DNA of 64,000 nt, taken from contig DMXO01000002.1 of assembly GCA_003482855.1 (NCBI GenBank), positions 210,635 to 274,634 on the forward strand, read 5' to 3'. The notes beneath the pieces were generated by a model. That model was given only the letters and a program-made list of their open reading frames with translations, ran no database searches and was not told where the DNA came from. The position numbers and the translations under genes were made by a program. Origin of the DNA: Candidatus Magasanikiibacteriota bacterium. GTDB lineage: Bacteria > Patescibacteriota > Patescibacteriia > Magasanikbacterales > UBA922. This document shows positions 59,379-64,000 of the stretch, in pieces; the first letter of the stretch is position 1; each line of letters begins with the position of its first letter.

Positions 59379-61229
59379 TTATCCCAAGACTTCGAACCTT
59401 TCTCCACCTGAAGACATACCTTCTGCCAATACGACAAACTCTTCCAAAATTTTATGCACCAATTCATCTACTTCTTTTTTTACTTTAGCATACTCATCCC
59501 AACTTTTATCAACCCCTACTTCTCTACCCACTGCGGCATAAAATTTTATTTTGGGCTCAGTACCTGAAGGACGCACGACGACGCGTATTGTTTTTTCTGT
59601 GTTTAAATAAAACACCAATGCATTGTCTGAAAATCCTTCATACGTGCCCACGATCAAACCCGTGCGGGGATCTATAACTTTTTTGGTTAATTGGTCCAAG
59701 ACAGTTTCCACGCGCAAACCACAAAATTCTTTGGGTAAATTTTTCCTCAAAACATCCATTATCTTCAACATTTTATCCATGCCGTCCATGCCATAAAAAA
59801 ATACAGCCTGCAATAATTCACGATAATAACCATACTCTTTTTTGATATATTCCAATTGTTCAAAGAGTGTCCTCCCTTCTTGTTTGAGAAGCGCGGCATA
59901 TTCACAGATAAGCAGTGCAGCCACAGCACCATCCTTGTCACGCGCATAATCTCCATACAAATATCCATGGCTTTCCTCTGCTCCGAACAAAAATTCTTTA
60001 CCATTCAGACGAGTCTCTATAGCATCGGCAATATATTTGAAGCCAACAGGCAAATCTGTAATCGAATCAATGTCATTGTCAGCGGCTATCTTGACCAGGA
60101 GGTCTGTGGTTACAACTGTTTTTATCATCATTTTGCGAGATAAATCTTCATGTATATCTTTTAATCTCTTAGTTATATAATCAAAAATCAACACACCAAT
60201 CTGATTACCATTCAAAAAAATATAATTGTCACTATCTAGACGGTCTCTGCTGACAACACCAATTCTGTCTGCGTCAGGGTCAGCTGATAACACAATATCC
60301 GCCTTTTTCTTTCTTGCATAATCAGTGGCCAGTTCCAAAGATATAGGCACTTCAGGATTGGGGATCTGTTTGGCTACATGACTGAAGTCAGGGTCTATAG
60401 ACATCTGTTCCTCAACTTCAAAAATAGAACCGAAACCCACACGTTTCAAAACAGGCAAAAAAGAAGTCGTAGCACAGCCATGCAATGGCGTAAATACAAT
60501 ATCTATATCTCGATAATCACCAAGAGAAAGTTTGCCAACTGTTTCGTGATAAGATGTATCAACACTGTCATCAAGCATTTCAATAATCCCCTTTTCTTTT
60601 GCTTCCTCGAAATCCAACCGTTCTATGTGTCTGACCCTACTAACTTTTTCTATGATATTTGCATCATGAGGAGGAACCACTTGTCCACCAGTTTCCCAAA
60701 ATACTTTTATACCATTATCTGTTGGAGGATTATGACTTGCAGAAATCATGGCTCCGCCAACAGCATTCTTGTATCTGATAGAAAATGATAACTGTGGAGT
60801 AGAACGCACTCCTTCGTAAAAGTAAACCTTAATATTATTGGCAGCAAACACAGAGGCAGCTATCTTGGCAAATTTTTCTGAATTATGTCGTATGTCGTAG
60901 GTCACGACAACCCCCCGGATCTTTGCCTGATTTATCCCAAAATAGTCAATAAGGTAGTCTGAAAAACCTTGTGCTGATTCTGCAATGGTTCGCGCATTAA
61001 TACGATTTGTCCCAACACCCATTTTGCCTCTTCGCCCTCCAGTGCCAAATGGAATAACTTTATAAAAAGCATCATTTAACTCATCTATGTCTTCTTTTTC
61101 AATTAAATCCAAAATATCACTCTTAAATTCTACATACTCATCATCTTCAAGCCATTTTTGTATATTCAAAAAAGCATTTTCTACAAGCCCTTTCTCTCTC
61201 AAAGTTTGTAATCTAGATATAGTATCCAT
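59379..61229 (-). CDS. phosphoglucomutase/phosphomannomutase
   Basis: FGTGGRRG; SASHNP; DPDADR; EESHG; RPSGTEPKIK. Confidence 0.93.
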   Translation of the reverse strand: MDTISRLQTLREKGLVENAFLNIQKWLEDDEYVEFKSDILDLIEKEDIDELNDAFYKVIPFGTGGRRGKMGVGTNRINARTIAESAQGFSDYLIDYFGINQAKIRGVVVTYDIRHNSEKFAKIAASVFAANNIKVYFYEGVRSTPQLSFSIRYKNAVGGAMISASHNPPTDNGIKVFWETGGQVVPPHDANIIEKVSRVRHIERLDFEEAKEKGIIEMLDDSVDTSYHETVGKLSLGDYRDIDIVFTPLHGCATTSFLPVLKRVGFGSIFEVEEQMSIDPDFSHVAKQIPNPEVPISLELATDYARKKKADIVLSADPDADRIGVVSRDRLDSDNYIFLNGNQIGVLIFDYITKRLKDIHEDLSRKMMIKTVVTTDLLVKIAADNDIDSITDLPVGFKYIADAIETRLNGKEFLFGAEESHGYLYGDYARDKDGAVAALLICEYAALLKQEGRTLFEQLEYIKKEYGYYRELLQAVFFYGMDGMDKMLKIMDVLRKNLPKEFCGLRVETVLDQLTKKVIDPRTGLIVGTYEGFSDNALVFYLNTEKTIRVVVRPSGTEPKIKFYAAVGREVGVDKSWDEYAKVKKEVDELVHKILEEFVVLAEGMSSGGERFEVLG

Positions 61230-61392
61230 AATCACCCAAATTTAATTGATAAATAAGGATTTTTATTATATAATAACTACAGTTCTAAAGCAACTTTTAT
61301 GCCTTAGCACTGAAGCACAAAAACACTCCCATCAAAAGTGTTGTGTTAATATAATGTGCCCAAGTGCTTTAGTGCTCATGTGACACAAAATT

Positions 61393-63924
61393 ATGGATGC
61401 CCAAAAACTTATAGACAATTTTTCTTCACACCTCAAAAATGTTATAGCGCGAGGTATTGCACTTGCTACTCAATTAAATCACGCCCAAGTGCAACCTATT
61501 CACCTACTCTATGCTTTATCAGAAGAACAAGGGTGTGTTGCCGCAGAGATTTTGAAAAAATGTGATATCACCTCTGACCTAATCAAAGACAATAGTCCCC
61601 TGCTACAACATATACAAAAGACAATAAGTAAACAAACAGGACTCCCCGAACTTAGTCCGTCTTCACGTAAAACCATAGAAAAAGGACTTATACTAGCTCA
61701 TGAAATGGGACATACCTACATTGGTACAGAACATCTCCTCCACGGACTTATAGAAATAAAAGATAGAGATGTTGATGATCTGTTGTCTACGATAGAAATA
61801 AAACATACACAAATTCAAGACCAACTCGGCACTGCATTTCACAATGTATCTCGATTTTCACACATGGGAGAAATGACCGACGTTTTAGAAAATATGGAAG
61901 ATATGTCATTACCAAATATAGGCCAAGAGGCACACGATATGATGATACCCCCCATGATGGGACGACCAAAAAAAATAAGCGCAATAGCACAATTCACTAC
62001 CAATCTAACTTCAAAAGAAAGCCAACAAAAAATTGACCCTGTCATTGGTCGTGAAGAAGAGATAGAACGTATTATCAATATCCTCGCACGCCGAACAAAA
62101 AATAACCCTATACTCGTGGGCGAACCGGGGGTTGGCAAGACAGCTATTGTAGAAGGGCTTGCTAAAAAGATAGCAGAGGGAGATGTGCCCGACATACTCA
62201 GACGCAAAAAGGTTATTTCGCTTGACCTCACTCTCCTTGTTGCAGGCACTATTTATCGTGGCGAATTTGAATCGCGACTCAAACAAATTGTGGATGAATG
62301 TGCCAAAAATCCCAACTATATTCTATTTATCGATGAATTACATAACATTATTGGTGCTGGATCAAATCAAGGAACTATGGACGCAGCAAATATCTTGAAG
62401 CCAGCGCTTGCCCGCGGACAATTGCGATGTATTGGCGCGACGACCTACGACGAATACAAAAAATATATTACGAGTGATCCTGCGCTAGAACGAAGATTCC
62501 AAATGATAGATGTCGAAGAGCCAGATCAAACACAAACACGCGCTATCCTTGAAGGAATAAAAAAATATTACGAAACATTCCATCACGTAGTCATTACAGA
62601 AAAAGCTCTAGATGAGGCTGTCAAACTCAGCACACGATATATCCACGACAACTACCAGCCAGACAAAGCAATAGATCTCATCGATGAAGCCGCGAGTTCA
62701 GTGAAGACTCACCAAAAGACGTCGACAGACGACAAAAAACTACACATACTTGAGAAAAAAAGAGAAAAATATGAAGAAGAAAAGGAACATGCTATACGCG
62801 AAGAACAATTGCAACGAGCTCTTGATATAAAAAACGACATTGCACAACTTGATAAAAAAATAGATAAAGCAAAACAAATTTTAAAACAAAAAACACAGCC
62901 AGCGCTACGGGTAACAGAAAAAGATATACGCACCGTACTGAGCAAAAAAATGCATATTGACGAGATAATCTTGTCACAAAACGAATGGGACAATATTCAA
63001 ACATTACATGCACGGCTTTCACAGCATATTATTGGACAAGATGCTGCCATAGACACCACGATACACGCTCTCAAACGTGGGCTCCTTGGCATACAACAAA
63101 AAGATAAGCCATTCTGTTCACTTCTGTTTGTAGGACCAAGTGGCGTAGGCAAGACAGAGCTTGCCAAATATCTTGCCAAAGAACTCTACCATGATGACAA
63201 AGCACTCATAAAACTTGACATGAGCGAATTTAGTGAAAGTCATAGCGTATCCAAGCTCCTTGGTTCACCAGCAGGATACATAGGATACAAAGATAGAAAT
63301 CCATTCATTGAAAAAGTAAAAAAACGACCGTATTCAGTAATTTTGTTTGATGAAATAGACAAAGCACACCCCGATGTTACCAAACTACTGCTCCAGATAT
63401 TGGACGAGGGTGTGCTTACTGATAGTAATGGAAGAAAAATTCATCTCAATCATGCTATTATTATTCTCACTACCAATCTCGGATCTGAATTATTCAAATC
63501 GCAAGGTATAGGATTTGGCAACACACACACCACCTCCGCCACCTCAGATTTCATGGATGCTACATTCAAAAAGCACATACAAGACAAAGTAACCGAAACA
63601 CTCGGGTCAGCTCTCGTAAGTAGAATTGATACCGTGTGTATCTTCAACGCACTCACGCAAACACATGTTGAACGCATTGTCGCTCAACACATAGAAAGTC
63701 TAAGCAAACATTTCATGCACACACAACATTTCGGCATTATACCTGATGCTTCTGCCCTATCCTCACTTGCACAATCATCACTACATCCTGATATGGGAGC
63801 GCGTAACGTAGAGAAAAAAATACAAGAACTAATATACGAATTGACACTTGCTACCATGCAAAACAAGACAAAGAAAAAACAATATAAGCTTGTGCACGAA
63901 AAAAATACCTATCACCTAAGTTAA
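61393..63924 (+). CDS. ATP-dependent Clp protease ATP-binding subunit (ClpC/ClpA-like)
   Basis: Clp N domain (IGTEHLL); two AAA modules GEPGVGKT and GPSGVGKT; GSPAGYIGY. Confidence 0.92.
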   Translation: MDAQKLIDNFSSHLKNVIARGIALATQLNHAQVQPIHLLYALSEEQGCVAAEILKKCDITSDLIKDNSPLLQHIQKTISKQTGLPELSPSSRKTIEKGLILAHEMGHTYIGTEHLLHGLIEIKDRDVDDLLSTIEIKHTQIQDQLGTAFHNVSRFSHMGEMTDVLENMEDMSLPNIGQEAHDMMIPPMMGRPKKISAIAQFTTNLTSKESQQKIDPVIGREEEIERIINILARRTKNNPILVGEPGVGKTAIVEGLAKKIAEGDVPDILRRKKVISLDLTLLVAGTIYRGEFESRLKQIVDECAKNPNYILFIDELHNIIGAGSNQGTMDAANILKPALARGQLRCIGATTYDEYKKYITSDPALERRFQMIDVEEPDQTQTRAILEGIKKYYETFHHVVITEKALDEAVKLSTRYIHDNYQPDKAIDLIDEAASSVKTHQKTSTDDKKLHILEKKREKYEEEKEHAIREEQLQRALDIKNDIAQLDKKIDKAKQILKQKTQPALRVTEKDIRTVLSKKMHIDEIILSQNEWDNIQTLHARLSQHIIGQDAAIDTTIHALKRGLLGIQQKDKPFCSLLFVGPSGVGKTELAKYLAKELYHDDKALIKLDMSEFSESHSVSKLLGSPAGYIGYKDRNPFIEKVKKRPYSVILFDEIDKAHPDVTKLLLQILDEGVLTDSNGRKIHLNHAIIILTTNLGSELFKSQGIGFGNTHTTSATSDFMDATFKKHIQDKVTETLGSALVSRIDTVCIFNALTQTHVERIVAQHIESLSKHFMHTQHFGIIPDASALSSLAQSSLHPDMGARNVEKKIQELIYELTLATMQNKTKKKQYKLVHEKNTYHLS

Positions 63925-63934
63925 ACGCACTCGT

Positions 63935-64000
63935 ATGGCCAAACACAATACCCAAAGACAACAAGCCATAGCATTGCATAGAGCAAAGCAACGTGCGCGC
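63935..64000 (+). CDS. start of a CDS truncated by the window edge
   Basis: ATG 10 nt after the Clp stop, open to the end of the window. Confidence 0.4.
   Translation, partial: MAKHNTQRQQAIALHRAKQRAR

Noticed and set aside
1-64000. Alternative genetic code (TGA as Gly, as in Gracilibacteria/Absconditabacteria)
   Set aside because: Conserved genes are full length under code 11 and smpB ends in TGA at the expected position

Overview
AT-rich bacterial chromosome segment (sampled lines about 35-43% GC). Gene content and style point to a Patescibacteria/CPR organism of Parcubacteria/ABY1 type (inference from SD-less AT-rich leaders, tRNA/tmRNA without encoded CCA, and typical hypothetical families). 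It carries a surface-glycan cluster, a 2533-aa PP2C-domain giant protein, smpB-ssrA, infC-rpmI-rplT, rplJL with an L10 leader, tRNA-Glu, a de novo NAD operon with a NadM-NadA fusion, tsaD, prs, dnaE, archaeal-type ppcA, pheST, rseP, lemA-htpX, a phosphohexomutase and a ClpC-like ATPase. The standout signal is five GC-rich genes: four at 10.5-16.7 kb (about 70% GC) and one at 33.1-33.4 kb (about 60% GC). Each has a strong Shine-Dalgarno site, unlike most resident genes. They lie behind AT-rich near-consensus sigma70 promoters and are bracketed by long hairpins whose G-U pairs fit only the transcribed strand. They encode two Cys-rich myxobacterial-style lipoproteins, a likely outer-membrane beta-barrel, a CCHC zinc-knuckle membrane protein and a small membrane protein. 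No integrase or transposase is nearby. Untested hypothesis: these transcripts are made by the symbiont but tuned for translation in a high-GC diderm host. Also notable are 7-9 nt periodic repeat arrays that sit in intergenic DNA and, without breaking the frame, inside nadB, nadC and tsaD.
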